Assembly (NCBI GenBank): GCA_040218735.1
Contig: JAVJQW010000070.1
Location: 160,001 to 224,000 of the forward strand
Length of the DNA stretch: 64,000 bases
From: Deltaproteobacteria bacterium
Lineage (GTDB): Bacteria > Myxococcota > Kuafuiibacteriia > Kuafuiibacteriales > Kuafuiibacteriaceae
Direction: 5' to 3'
The notes beneath the pieces were generated by a model, which worked only from the letters and a program-made list of their open reading frames with translations, was not told the origin of the DNA and did no database searches. Positions within the stretch are counted from its first letter, which is position 1, and the number at the start of each line of letters is the position of its first letter. Shown here in pieces: positions 29,675 to 38,460 of this stretch. The position numbers and the translations under genes are program-made.

Positions 29675-30751
29675 TTACGAAGAAGGACGCATCGCGATCT
29701 TGTCACCCACGCCGAACTCGCGGAGCGAGTGGGTCACGATCGCCGTCGACGCGTTGTCCTGCACGTCGATCACCATCAGCACGCCGATCTCCTCGTTCGG
29801 GAGATCTTCGACCTCGCGCGTGAAGCCGTCGCCGCGGTCGAGCACCACGAACGTGTTGCCCTTCTGCACGCCGTGCGAGCGACCGCGGTCGATGAACACG
29901 TACGTGTACTCGCCGAGCGGGCCGAGCACGTCGCCGACCGTCTCGATGATGTACCCCTGGGTCTCGCCGCTGTTCGGCGCGGGCGCCACGCGGTCGCCGA
30001 AGCCCTCCGGCCACGGCCCGACGAAGTCGCCGCGCTCGATCGGGCGGAACGCCTGCGCGATGATCGCGGTCGCGACCTTCGGGCTGGTGTCGACGATCTG
30101 CACGCCGCCGATGATCTCGACCGCCGCGCCCATCGGATCGCCCGTCACCGGGTGGTTGATGCTGCGCACGAGGCGGTAGACCGCGTAGCGGTCGCCCTTC
30201 TTCGCGGGCTGTTTCAGCTTCACGTACATCTTGTCGTAGTCCGACAGCATGATGGCGCCCGGCTCGGCGTTCACGATGTCGCCCGACTTCGCGAGCTGTT
30301 TGGCGGACACAAAGGAGACGAACGAGCTCCACACCGAGTCCGGCGCCGTGCGCCCGACCTGGATGCTGCCGGTCGTCCGAACCAGCTCGTCCGCGTCGAG
30401 CTCCTCCGGCACGTCGCTCTCGTCACCGTCGATGTTGATCCCGCGCGCGACCTCGACGTTCGTCGGCAGGCTCTCGTCGCCCGGGTAGAAGCGCAGCTCG
30501 TTGCCCGGATAGATCCAGTGCGGGTTGGTGATCTGCGGGTTGTAGCTCCAGATCTTGGGCCAGTACCACGGTGAGTTGAGGTACTTGCTGCAGAGATCCC
30601 ACAGCGTGTCGCCCGACTGGACGACGTGGGTCTCCGCGACCTGCGGCGCCTCTCCCTCCGGCGCTCCGCCGAAGTCGTCCTGCGCATAGGCCGCAGAGAC
30701 GAACAGCAAACTCGCCCCGATCAGCGACGCCTGCATGGAAGTCTTCATCAC
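29675..30751 (-). CDS. LysM peptidoglycan-binding protein
   Basis: Signal peptide, HVVQSGDTLWDL...PWYWPKIW..NPQITNPHWIYPG; typical lysM-dprA adjacency. Confidence 0.88.
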   Translation of the reverse strand: MMKTSMQASLIGASLLFVSAAYAQDDFGGAPEGEAPQVAETHVVQSGDTLWDLCSKYLNSPWYWPKIWSYNPQITNPHWIYPGNELRFYPGDESLPTNVEVARGINIDGDESDVPEELDADELVRTTGSIQVGRTAPDSVWSSFVSFVSAKQLAKSGDIVNAEPGAIMLSDYDKMYVKLKQPAKKGDRYAVYRLVRSINHPVTGDPMGAAVEIIGGVQIVDTSPKVATAIIAQAFRPIERGDFVGPWPEGFGDRVAPAPNSGETQGYIIETVGDVLGPLGEYTYVFIDRGRSHGVQKGNTFVVLDRGDGFTREVEDLPNEEIGVLMVIDVQDNASTAIVTHSLREFGVGDKIAMRPSS

Positions 30752-31671
30752 TCACTCTCCTTCGCGCCGAGGAGCAAGCTCGCCTCGTTCGCCGCTTCAC
30801 TCGTCGGATACCGTTCGATCACTTCGCGCAACAGCGCCTCAGCCTTGGCGCGGTCGCCGAGCATCATGCGCGCGCGACCCAGCCCCACCTTCGCGTAGGG
30901 CACCTTCGCCGAACGCGGGTGCGAACGCAAAAGTCTGCCAAAAGTCACCGCCGCCGCGGACCACTGCGACAGCTCGAGCTCACACTCGCCCGCCCAGTAC
31001 ATCGCGTTGTCGGCCAAGCGCGAACGCGGATACGCGTCCACGAACGCCTCGAACTGCTCGAGCGCGCCCGCCGCGTCCTTGTCGTCGCGCAGCAGGCCGA
31101 GCGCATCGTCGTACGCCTTCCGGATCTGCGCGCGCGTCGCCTTCTTGTTGCGCTTGTGCTTCTTGCGCTTCCGTTCCTTCTTCGCCGCGACGTTCGGGTC
31201 CGGCTTCGCGAGCACGGCGTGGTCGACCGCGAGCCGCTCCGAGGTCCGCACCGGATCCTTCGAACGCGACGGGCCGAGCTTGATCACCACCGGCGGGCTC
31301 CCGTCGTCCTGCGCGCCCGGGTCCTCCCACGGCACGACGACGTCGTTGCCCTGCGCGTCGGCCTTCGCCGTCATGCGCACCACCGGCAACGCGCGCTCCG
31401 GGCCGCGCTCGGGACGCACCGTCTTCGGGACGGCGGTCTGCGACGATACCGGCGCGGTGGGCTGCGCGCGCGCGGGCGCCGCGTCGAGCGACATCAACGT
31501 CACGCGGCCCTCGAGACGCTCGATCTCGAGGCGCTGCTTCTGCACCTGCTGCTGAAGGCCGTGCATCTGGCGCCGCAGGTTCGACAGCTCCTGTTCGACG
31601 GCCGCGTCCGTCGCGCACGCCGTCGCCAAACAGAGCGGCAACACCAGCAGGGGTACGTCGGCGACACGCAT
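30748..31671 (-). CDS. cpoB: CpoB/YbgF-like Tol-Pal-associated lipoprotein
   Basis: Lipobox LATAC, coiled coil, TPRs with 'YPRSRLADNAMYWAGE' and 'VIERYPTSEAA'. Confidence 0.75.
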   Translation of the reverse strand: MRVADVPLLVLPLCLATACATDAAVEQELSNLRRQMHGLQQQVQKQRLEIERLEGRVTLMSLDAAPARAQPTAPVSSQTAVPKTVRPERGPERALPVVRMTAKADAQGNDVVVPWEDPGAQDDGSPPVVIKLGPSRSKDPVRTSERLAVDHAVLAKPDPNVAAKKERKRKKHKRNKKATRAQIRKAYDDALGLLRDDKDAAGALEQFEAFVDAYPRSRLADNAMYWAGECELELSQWSAAAVTFGRLLRSHPRSAKVPYAKVGLGRARMMLGDRAKAEALLREVIERYPTSEAANEASLLLGAKESE

Positions 31672-31723
31672 GTGGGGTGCGATTCTAGAAGAGTGCGGGA
31701 TCCAGTCAAGAAACGGCCCCCGC

Positions 31724-31789
31724 ATCATTGCCCTATCATTGACCCATCATGAGGCCTCATTTCGCCATCAATTCGAGCCCAATGAGGCC
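31724..31789. promoter_or_regulatory. Phased ATCAT direct repeats and a 9-bp inverted repeat in a divergent promoter region
   Basis: ATCAT at 31724, 31735, 31746; CTCAT at 31756; ATCAA at 31767; GGCCTCATT (31753) / AATGAGGCC (31781). Confidence 0.55.
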
Positions 31790-31844
31790 GGAACCGCCGC
31801 CCCCCTGGCGGCGACCCCCGCCTTTTGGGTCTCATGGGCTCCCC

Positions 31845-34574
31845 ATGCGTGCCTCACCCGTCGCGCTCGCCCTCCTCTTCGCCTGCGCGACGCCCCCGCC
31901 GGGCGGCGGATCGGGCCCCGCCAGCCGACCCGCCGCTCGACGCGCTGCGGCGTCGACCGATCCCGGCGAGGTCCGGGCCGTCGCCGCGACCGCGGACACC
32001 CTCGGGACCCAAGCGCCCGCCGACCGCTGCGCGCGCACCCGGTTCCCGTTCAAGCAGCCCCTCGCCGTCGGGAACGACGCCGACTTCGAGCGCTACCCGC
32101 CCATCGTGGGCTTCCCGATCGCGTTCCCGCGCGGCGCGAACCTCGACTCCCCCTCGGGCTTCTTCGCGTCGACGCGCGACGGCGTCGCCCTCGCCACGCA
32201 GATGGAGGTCCTCAGCCGCTACGGCGAGGGTCCGACGGCGTGCGGTGCGCCGGTGAAGTTCGCGTACGGGTTCGCCGTCGCGGAGGTCCCGCCGACGCCG
32301 CGCGCCTTCTTCCTCCTCGAGCATCGCCCAGGCTTCGACCCGCCCGTCGCCCACCGCGTCGACGTCGCAGATTCGAAGGACGCGATCGTCGTGACCACCG
32401 GCGCCGCCCGGTTCGCGCTCCGCAAGGACTGGTTCAACGGGCTGTGGCAAGTCGGCCTGCGCGACGGGCGCGGCTACCGCACCGTCGTCCCCGCGTCGGC
32501 GAAGGCGGACGTCGGGATGCTGGTGCTCGAAGGCAGCGCGACCGCCTCGCCGCTGCACGGCAAGATCCACGCGATCGAAGTCGAGCGCGCGGGTCCGGTC
32601 GTCGCGACGATCCTCGCCAAGGGCACCTACGCGCGCCGCGGTGAGCCGCCGACGTTCCGCTTCACCGTGCGCTACCACTTCTACGCGGGCACCGCGGTGC
32701 TGCAGATGGACCACACATACTACCACGGCGCGGTGATCGACATCGGCGCGACGGGCGCGATCAACCGCGTTCGCACCGACCGCGTCTTCTACCGGATGCC
32801 TCTCGCGCTCGGCGGCGCCCCGGTCGTCACCGCGCGCGCCGCGGAGCGCCTGCACACGGTGACGCCGACGGGGCTCGTCAGCGTGCAGCAGGACAAACGC
32901 TCGCCGGCTCGACCGAACGTCGTCTTCGCGGTCCGCCACGACAAACAGGATCTGGAGGTCGGCACGTTCGCGGACCGCCCGATGCTCGCCGTCACCGGGA
33001 CCGCCGCCTACGCGGTCGCGACGATCGCACACCTCGGCCCCCGCGATCCCCAGGCGCTTCGTTACGACCCGAAGACCCGCGCGCTCGAGCTCGACTGGCA
33101 GAGCGAAGCGCTCTTCGTCGGCGGGGCGCGCGGCGTCTGGTCCAAGGCCGTGCTCGACTTCGGCGCCGCGGGGTCCACCGAGCTGTCGCGGCGCGCGTCG
33201 CAGCTGCAAGCGCACGGCGAGCGCCCGCTGATCGCGGTGCCGAACCCCGCCTACCTGAACACCACGCGCGCCTACGCGCCGCTCCCCGCGACCAGCCTCC
33301 CCGCGTCGTTCGCGAAGCTCGACGAGGACATCGATCGCCTCCACACCAACACGACGCTCTACCTGCGCGAGAAGCGCATCACTGGCACGCAGGTCTGGCC
33401 CGACCTTCCGCGGCGCAGCTGCGTCGTCGACAACGCGTGCCGCCTCTCGACGGAGGGCTACTTCGGCGGCGGCGACTGCAACTATTGGGACTGGAGCCTC
33501 GCCGAGCTCGAAGCGTTCCTCCGCACCGGCGACCCCGCCTTCGCGCACGACTTCGCGCTCCCCGAGGCGCTCACCATGGCGGAGACGGTGAGCTACCGCC
33601 CCGACCCGTACAACGAGTACAAGAACAACTCCTTCGCCGGCTTCTCCCCCTGCTACGGCAGCGGCGACGACGGCGAGACCCCGTGGCGCGAGGGGCTCAA
33701 CCACCGCGTCGGCAACTGCCCCGGCGACTACGGCTACAACAAGGTCCACCGGCTCGCGTACCTGCTCACCGCGGACCGGCGCTTCTTGGACTTCTTCGAG
33801 ATCGGCGCGGACACCGTCGTGCGGCTGTACACGAAGAAGCCGAAGGACCGACCGCCGCACTGGTTCGAGCTGTCGGCGGCGCGCCAGACTTCGCAGTACC
33901 TGGAGTCGCTCCTCACCGCCGCCGAGTTCGCGCGTAGCGGCAACGTGAAGAACCGCGAGCGGCGGGACGTCGCGCTCGCGTGGTTCGACTTCATGCGAAC
34001 GCGCGCCCTCGAGCGCGGCCACACCTGCAACCTCCAGGGCAGCGGTTTCTCGAACCCGAAGGTGAAGGGCGACTGTCAGTCGGCGCAGCAGTGGATGCTC
34101 CCGATCTTCGTCGACTGGGTGCTGCGTCTGTACAACCTCTACGACCACGCCCCGGCGCGCGCGTGGCTGCTCGACTTCGTCCGCACGAGCACGCGGTTCA
34201 CGACCGAGCTCGACGGCGCCGGCCTCCCCGACTACGGCGCCCGCAACGGCGGCGACGGGTGGCGCACCGCCTACCGCTGCCGCGCGAACCGCAAGGGCAT
34301 CCAAGACGACTCCTGCGAGAAGATCACCGACTGGGAGAACGGCAACTACTTCTACGCCAACGGCATGCTCGCGTACCTCAACGCGCTGGCGCTGGTGCGC
34401 GAGGTCGACGCAGACGACTCGACGAAGCTGTGTCGCTGGCTCCCCGGCGCCTACGCCTCCGCGCTCCGCGCGATGGACGCGGGCGAGCTCAACGCCTACA
34501 CCTGGGGCAAGTCACCGGGTCAGGCGTACGCGTTCGCGCAGCGCGCCGTCGCGAACCTGATGACGTGTCCCTAG
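31845..34574 (+). CDS. Large lipoprotein, YetA/exo-rhamnogalacturonan lyase (PL26)-like architecture
   Basis: Lipobox LLFAC; 'GFPIAFPRG...TQMEVLSRY', 'IEVERAGPVVATI', 'FTVRYHFYAG' recall YetA-like proteins; aromatic-rich helical C-terminal half. The family call is tentative. Confidence 0.55.
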   Translation: MRASPVALALLFACATPPPGGGSGPASRPAARRAAASTDPGEVRAVAATADTLGTQAPADRCARTRFPFKQPLAVGNDADFERYPPIVGFPIAFPRGANLDSPSGFFASTRDGVALATQMEVLSRYGEGPTACGAPVKFAYGFAVAEVPPTPRAFFLLEHRPGFDPPVAHRVDVADSKDAIVVTTGAARFALRKDWFNGLWQVGLRDGRGYRTVVPASAKADVGMLVLEGSATASPLHGKIHAIEVERAGPVVATILAKGTYARRGEPPTFRFTVRYHFYAGTAVLQMDHTYYHGAVIDIGATGAINRVRTDRVFYRMPLALGGAPVVTARAAERLHTVTPTGLVSVQQDKRSPARPNVVFAVRHDKQDLEVGTFADRPMLAVTGTAAYAVATIAHLGPRDPQALRYDPKTRALELDWQSEALFVGGARGVWSKAVLDFGAAGSTELSRRASQLQAHGERPLIAVPNPAYLNTTRAYAPLPATSLPASFAKLDEDIDRLHTNTTLYLREKRITGTQVWPDLPRRSCVVDNACRLSTEGYFGGGDCNYWDWSLAELEAFLRTGDPAFAHDFALPEALTMAETVSYRPDPYNEYKNNSFAGFSPCYGSGDDGETPWREGLNHRVGNCPGDYGYNKVHRLAYLLTADRRFLDFFEIGADTVVRLYTKKPKDRPPHWFELSAARQTSQYLESLLTAAEFARSGNVKNRERRDVALAWFDFMRTRALERGHTCNLQGSGFSNPKVKGDCQSAQQWMLPIFVDWVLRLYNLYDHAPARAWLLDFVRTSTRFTTELDGAGLPDYGARNGGDGWRTAYRCRANRKGIQDDSCEKITDWENGNYFYANGMLAYLNALALVREVDADDSTKLCRWLPGAYASALRAMDAGELNAYTWGKSPGQAYAFAQRAVANLMTCP

Positions 34575-34576
34575 CG

Positions 34577-35779
34577 ATGTCACTCACGCAGAAGATCGTC
34601 GACATCATCGAAGCCCCCGACCACCAGCTCGCGGGCGCGGCCGCGCTCGTCTGGCGGCGCGGGGAGCTCCTCGCGGTCGCGTGCGGCGGCGCGCGCGACG
34701 TCGAAGCCCAGCGGCCGGTGGAGCGCGACACGCTGTTCCGGATCGCTTCGATGTCGAAGCCGATCACCACCGTCGCCGCGTTGACATTGCTCGAGGAGGG
34801 GCGGTTCGGCTTGGACGATCCCATCACGCGGTGGGCGCCCGAGCTCGAGGACTTTTGTGTGCTCCGCGACGTGAACGGCCCGCTCGACGACACGGTCCCC
34901 GCGGAGCGTCCCATCACGTTCGAAGACCTCCTCACGCACCGCTCGGGGATCACGTACGGCGCCTTTTGGCCGGGCTCGCTCGGCGACGCCTACGCCGAGG
35001 CGCTCGGCGCGGAAATCGACTCGACGGTCCCCGCAGAAGACTGGATCGCTCGCCTCGGCACCCTCCCCCTCATCGATCAACCCGGCGCGACGCTCCACTA
35101 CGGTCACTCCACCGATCTGCTGGGCCTGCTGATCGCGCGTATGGAGGACACGTCGCTCGACGAGGTCCTGCGGCGTCGCGTCTTTGCGCCGCTCGGGATG
35201 AAGGACACGCGCTTCGTCGTGCCGCGCGAACATCAGGAACGGTGCGCGAAGGCGTACGGATTCGACGCCGACGGCCGTCGCGTCGAAGTGCGCGAAGGCC
35301 CGGGCGGCTCGTTCCTCGCCGAGCGCCCGCCAAAGATGACGTTTGTCTCGGGCGGCCAAGGCCTGTGGTCGACGGTCGACGACTACCTCGCGTTCGCGCG
35401 TGCCCTCCTCGGACACGCGCCCCACATCCTTCGTCCCGAGACGCTCACCTCGATGCGGACGAATCGCCTCACGCCCGCGCAGCGCGCGAGCGCGGAGGTG
35501 GGCGGCATGTCGCTCTTCGCCGCGGGGCACGGCTTCGGTCTGGGCGTCGCGGTGGTCCTGGAACCCGACGACGCGTTCCCCACGATCTGCCGCGGCCACG
35601 CCGGCACGGTGGGGTGGCCGGGAGGTTTCGGCGGCTGGTGGCAGGCGGACCCGACCGACGACGCGATCGCGATCTTTCTGACCCACAACATGGTCGAGCG
35701 CGAGCAGCTCGCGCTGGGGATCGGACACGGCGCGTTCGCGGCGATCGCCGCGTTTCAGCGCATCGCGTCGGGCGCCTGA
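34577..35779 (+). CDS. Serine hydrolase, beta-lactamase class C / family VIII esterase-like
   Basis: FRIASMSK (SxxK), LLTHRSG, YGHSTD, PLGMKDT, WPGGFG; ATG 2 bp after the previous stop. Confidence 0.88.
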   Translation: MSLTQKIVDIIEAPDHQLAGAAALVWRRGELLAVACGGARDVEAQRPVERDTLFRIASMSKPITTVAALTLLEEGRFGLDDPITRWAPELEDFCVLRDVNGPLDDTVPAERPITFEDLLTHRSGITYGAFWPGSLGDAYAEALGAEIDSTVPAEDWIARLGTLPLIDQPGATLHYGHSTDLLGLLIARMEDTSLDEVLRRRVFAPLGMKDTRFVVPREHQERCAKAYGFDADGRRVEVREGPGGSFLAERPPKMTFVSGGQGLWSTVDDYLAFARALLGHAPHILRPETLTSMRTNRLTPAQRASAEVGGMSLFAAGHGFGLGVAVVLEPDDAFPTICRGHAGTVGWPGGFGGWWQADPTDDAIAIFLTHNMVEREQLALGIGHGAFAAIAAFQRIASGA

Positions 35780-35782
35780 GCG

Positions 35783-37723
35783 CTACCGTCGACGCCGACG
35801 CATCACGACGAGGCCGAGCATCGCGAGCACGCCGAGCGCGGCCGAGCCGCGGCCTTCGGCGATGTGGCAGCCGCAGCCGCCCTTGTTGTCCTCGTCGTCA
35901 CCACCCTTGGCGAAGCCGCCGTCGCGGACCGGGTCCGTGGTGCCGGCGTCGCGGTCGGGGTTGGTCGTCATGCCGGCGTCACGATCCGGGTCGACGACGC
36001 CCGAGTCCACGACGCCGCTGTCGACGACACCCGCGTCGACGTCTTCCATCGCGGGGAGGATGTCCATCGCCCCGCGCGGCTGCACGCGGTAGCCGCTGAA
36101 CGTCTCGGTGAAGATGCCGCGCATCGAGAACGTGTCGGTGGGCACGGGCGTCCCCTCGAGACCGGTGGCGGAGGCGACGCGGACTTCGAGCCGCGTGCCG
36201 TCCGAGATCCACGCCGTCATGTTCGACATGAACGTCGTGGGGATCGGCTCCCCGTTCGGCCCCATCGCCATGTCGACGTTCGGAATCACGACGAGCTGCC
36301 CCTCGTAGGCTTCACCGTTCGCCATCAGGGTCGCGATCGTCACGGTCTGCTCGGGCGGGGTGTCCGTCCCGAGTTTGTCGATGACCAGCTCGAAGCCGCG
36401 GAACCGCGCCTGCCCCATCCCCGTGTCCTCGCCGACGAAGCGCTGCCCGTTGAACTGACCGATCTTCCCGGTCACGCGGATGACGTCGCCCATGTCGACG
36501 CGCACGGCGTTGAGGATGTTGTCCTGCACGAGGACGGCGTCCAGGTTCGCCGGGTCCGAGAGGAACGCGTTGAACTCGACCTGCGAGAACGCGGTGTCGT
36601 TCGTGGTGGCGACACCCTCGACGCGTACGGTGTGGCCCTCGTACATGAGCATCCTCTGCCCGTCCTGCTGACGTGCTTCGGCGATCGTCGCAACGCCCGC
36701 CGACGGGAGGACGTTCTCCCAGAAGAAGCTCGTGTTATTCGCGTCCGGCGTGGCGTCCTCGGGGAGCAGCGCGACGGCGCCGCGGCCGTCGGTCGCCTCG
36801 ACGTACCAGCGGATGTAACGCTCGGTGAACGTCGTCGGGTCGGTGAACGAGAGCGACGCGTCGAAGTTCTCGGTCCGCGCGCGCGCGAACCAGAAGAGGT
36901 CCGACACCGTCCCCTGCACCTCGACGTAGGGCGTGTCGGCGGGCCCATCGACGCTGGACGCGATCGCGACGTGGAAGGTCACGTCCGCGACGCCGTCCGA
37001 GTCGACCACCGTCGCGGTGAGGGTGCTGTCCTGCCCGAACACAAACGCGAGCGGCTCGTGCCCGTGGGAGATGATCATCGGCGGCGTCCCGACCCCGACC
37101 TGGTACCCCATCGTCGGGTCGCCGGTCGCGACGACGGCCCAGTCGTCCTCGGAGGTCCCCGCCGCGGTGTCGACGCGGCGGATGGCGGCGCCCTCGTTCT
37201 GGATGGACATCGTCGGCCAGAACAGGACCGGCGCGCCTGCCACCTGGGTGGAGTCGGCGCCGTACTCGACGCCGTCCATGTACGCGCCCAGCCCGTCGCG
37301 CAGGATGACCGCGTCCATGTTGTCGTCGAGGTTGAAGTTCGGCCCGCCGGTCAGGTTCGGGACCATCGGGTCGTCCGCGTTGAACGCGAGCTCGAAGTCG
37401 GGGGGCATCCCGCCCCACTCCACCGCCGAGCGGCTCTTGAAGGAGAACGACTGACGCGCCACGACGATGACCTGGTCCGGCGCGAGCAGGGTGCCGGTCG
37501 GGAACGCCCACTGCGTCGACTCGTTGCCGGCGAGCAGCTCGCTCAGGGTCCAGTCGCCGATGTCGACCATCGTCGGGCCGATGTTCTGAATCTCCACCCA
37601 CTCCGCGAAATCGGACCCGGTCGGGTTGGGCTGGATCTCCGTCAGGACCACCTGGGCGCTGGCCGTGGACGCGGGGAGCACGAGAGCGAGAGCGGACAAG
37701 AGCACGCGAGCCGACGTCTTCAT
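35783..37723 (-). CDS. Surface protein with lamin-tail domain, OB-fold-like repeats and MYXO-CTERM sorting signal
   Basis: Signal peptide; 'VVLTEIQPNP...EWVEIQN...VDIGDWTL' lamin-tail domain; C-terminal GGCGC-TM-RRRRR. Confidence 0.8.
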   Translation of the reverse strand: MKTSARVLLSALALVLPASTASAQVVLTEIQPNPTGSDFAEWVEIQNIGPTMVDIGDWTLSELLAGNESTQWAFPTGTLLAPDQVIVVARQSFSFKSRSAVEWGGMPPDFELAFNADDPMVPNLTGGPNFNLDDNMDAVILRDGLGAYMDGVEYGADSTQVAGAPVLFWPTMSIQNEGAAIRRVDTAAGTSEDDWAVVATGDPTMGYQVGVGTPPMIISHGHEPLAFVFGQDSTLTATVVDSDGVADVTFHVAIASSVDGPADTPYVEVQGTVSDLFWFARARTENFDASLSFTDPTTFTERYIRWYVEATDGRGAVALLPEDATPDANNTSFFWENVLPSAGVATIAEARQQDGQRMLMYEGHTVRVEGVATTNDTAFSQVEFNAFLSDPANLDAVLVQDNILNAVRVDMGDVIRVTGKIGQFNGQRFVGEDTGMGQARFRGFELVIDKLGTDTPPEQTVTIATLMANGEAYEGQLVVIPNVDMAMGPNGEPIPTTFMSNMTAWISDGTRLEVRVASATGLEGTPVPTDTFSMRGIFTETFSGYRVQPRGAMDILPAMEDVDAGVVDSGVVDSGVVDPDRDAGMTTNPDRDAGTTDPVRDGGFAKGGDDEDNKGGCGCHIAEGRGSAALGVLAMLGLVVMRRRRR

Positions 37724-37934
37724 GTAGGCGCTTTGACTAACCTAGGTCCGTGGTCTGTGTCACCTCCGAGCCCGGCGTCACACGTGAGCCGGTCCGAGCC
37801 ACATACTTTTATGGGGGTCGGTCGGCTGTCCGATGGTCACGCCGCGCCGGGTCCCCGTCCGAGATCCGAAATTCGTCACACGAACGGCGGACCGGATCTG
37901 GGGTGGGCGACGTAGAGATCGAAGAAACGACAAT

Positions 37935-37955
37935 TTGCTCGGAACGTTCGAGCAA
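37935..37955. promoter_or_regulatory. Palindromic candidate operator TTGCTCG-N7-CGAGCAA
   Basis: Perfect 7-bp arms in the divergent intergenic region, about 57 bp upstream of the ATG at 38013. Confidence 0.45.
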
Positions 37956-38012
37956 GTGCCGATGTTGATCAGCAGGGGGTCGGCGAGAAGGTCGACGCCC
38001 CAGGAGGGTGCG

Positions 38013-38366
38013 ATGACCAGTCTAGGCGTTCAGGTTCCAGAGGCGACGATGATCGCACTCGAGAAGAAGGCGAACCGCTTCGCGGAGCTCGTCGAGGCGG
38101 CGACGACCGAGTCGCCCCACAAGTACGTCCGGGATGGCGGCAAACAGCTGATCGAGCGCATCGGGGAGTGGCTCGACGAAATCAAGGACCTCCGCGAGGT
38201 CGGTGACGAAGACGTCCACGACAAGATCCAGAGCTTCGCGATTCGGCTCCACCTGGCCGAGGAGAAGACCAAGGCCTGGCCGATTCCGGAGAAGGTGCGC
38301 ACGCGCATCCTGAACCCGGCCAAGAAGCGCCGCGGCCGCCCGAAGAAGGTGCGCTCCGCTGCGTAG
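38013..38366 (+). CDS. Small helical protein with C-terminal AT-hook-like motif
   Basis: RBS AGGAGGG before ATG; 117 aa ending KKRRGRPKKVRSAA; good GC3 bias. Confidence 0.7.
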   Translation: MTSLGVQVPEATMIALEKKANRFAELVEAATTESPHKYVRDGGKQLIERIGEWLDEIKDLREVGDEDVHDKIQSFAIRLHLAEEKTKAWPIPEKVRTRILNPAKKRRGRPKKVRSAA

Positions 38367-38375
38367 ATATCCTCC

Positions 38376-38409
38376 GCGGTGCGGCTTGTGTTTCCCCGAG
38401 CCGCACTGC
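38376..38409 (+). terminator. Stem-loop after the AT-hook gene (possible terminator or stabiliser)
   Basis: GCGGTGCGGCT...AGCCGCACTGC; no clear U-tract. Confidence 0.4.
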
Positions 38410-38460
38410 GTTGAAACCACAGTAGCGCTCCTCGCATGATCCGCGCTAAGGACTCGGGCC

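Noticed and set aside
37724-38012. c-di-GMP or other known riboswitch
   Set aside because: I could not recognise the conserved motifs (e.g. GCAAA-type loops of c-di-GMP-I); kept only as an unexplained structured region.
38376-38409. Iron-responsive-element-like hairpin upstream of aconitase
   Set aside because: No CAGUG loop, and it lies upstream of a plausible promoter (TTGAAA-18-CATGAT), so it is probably outside the aconitase transcript.
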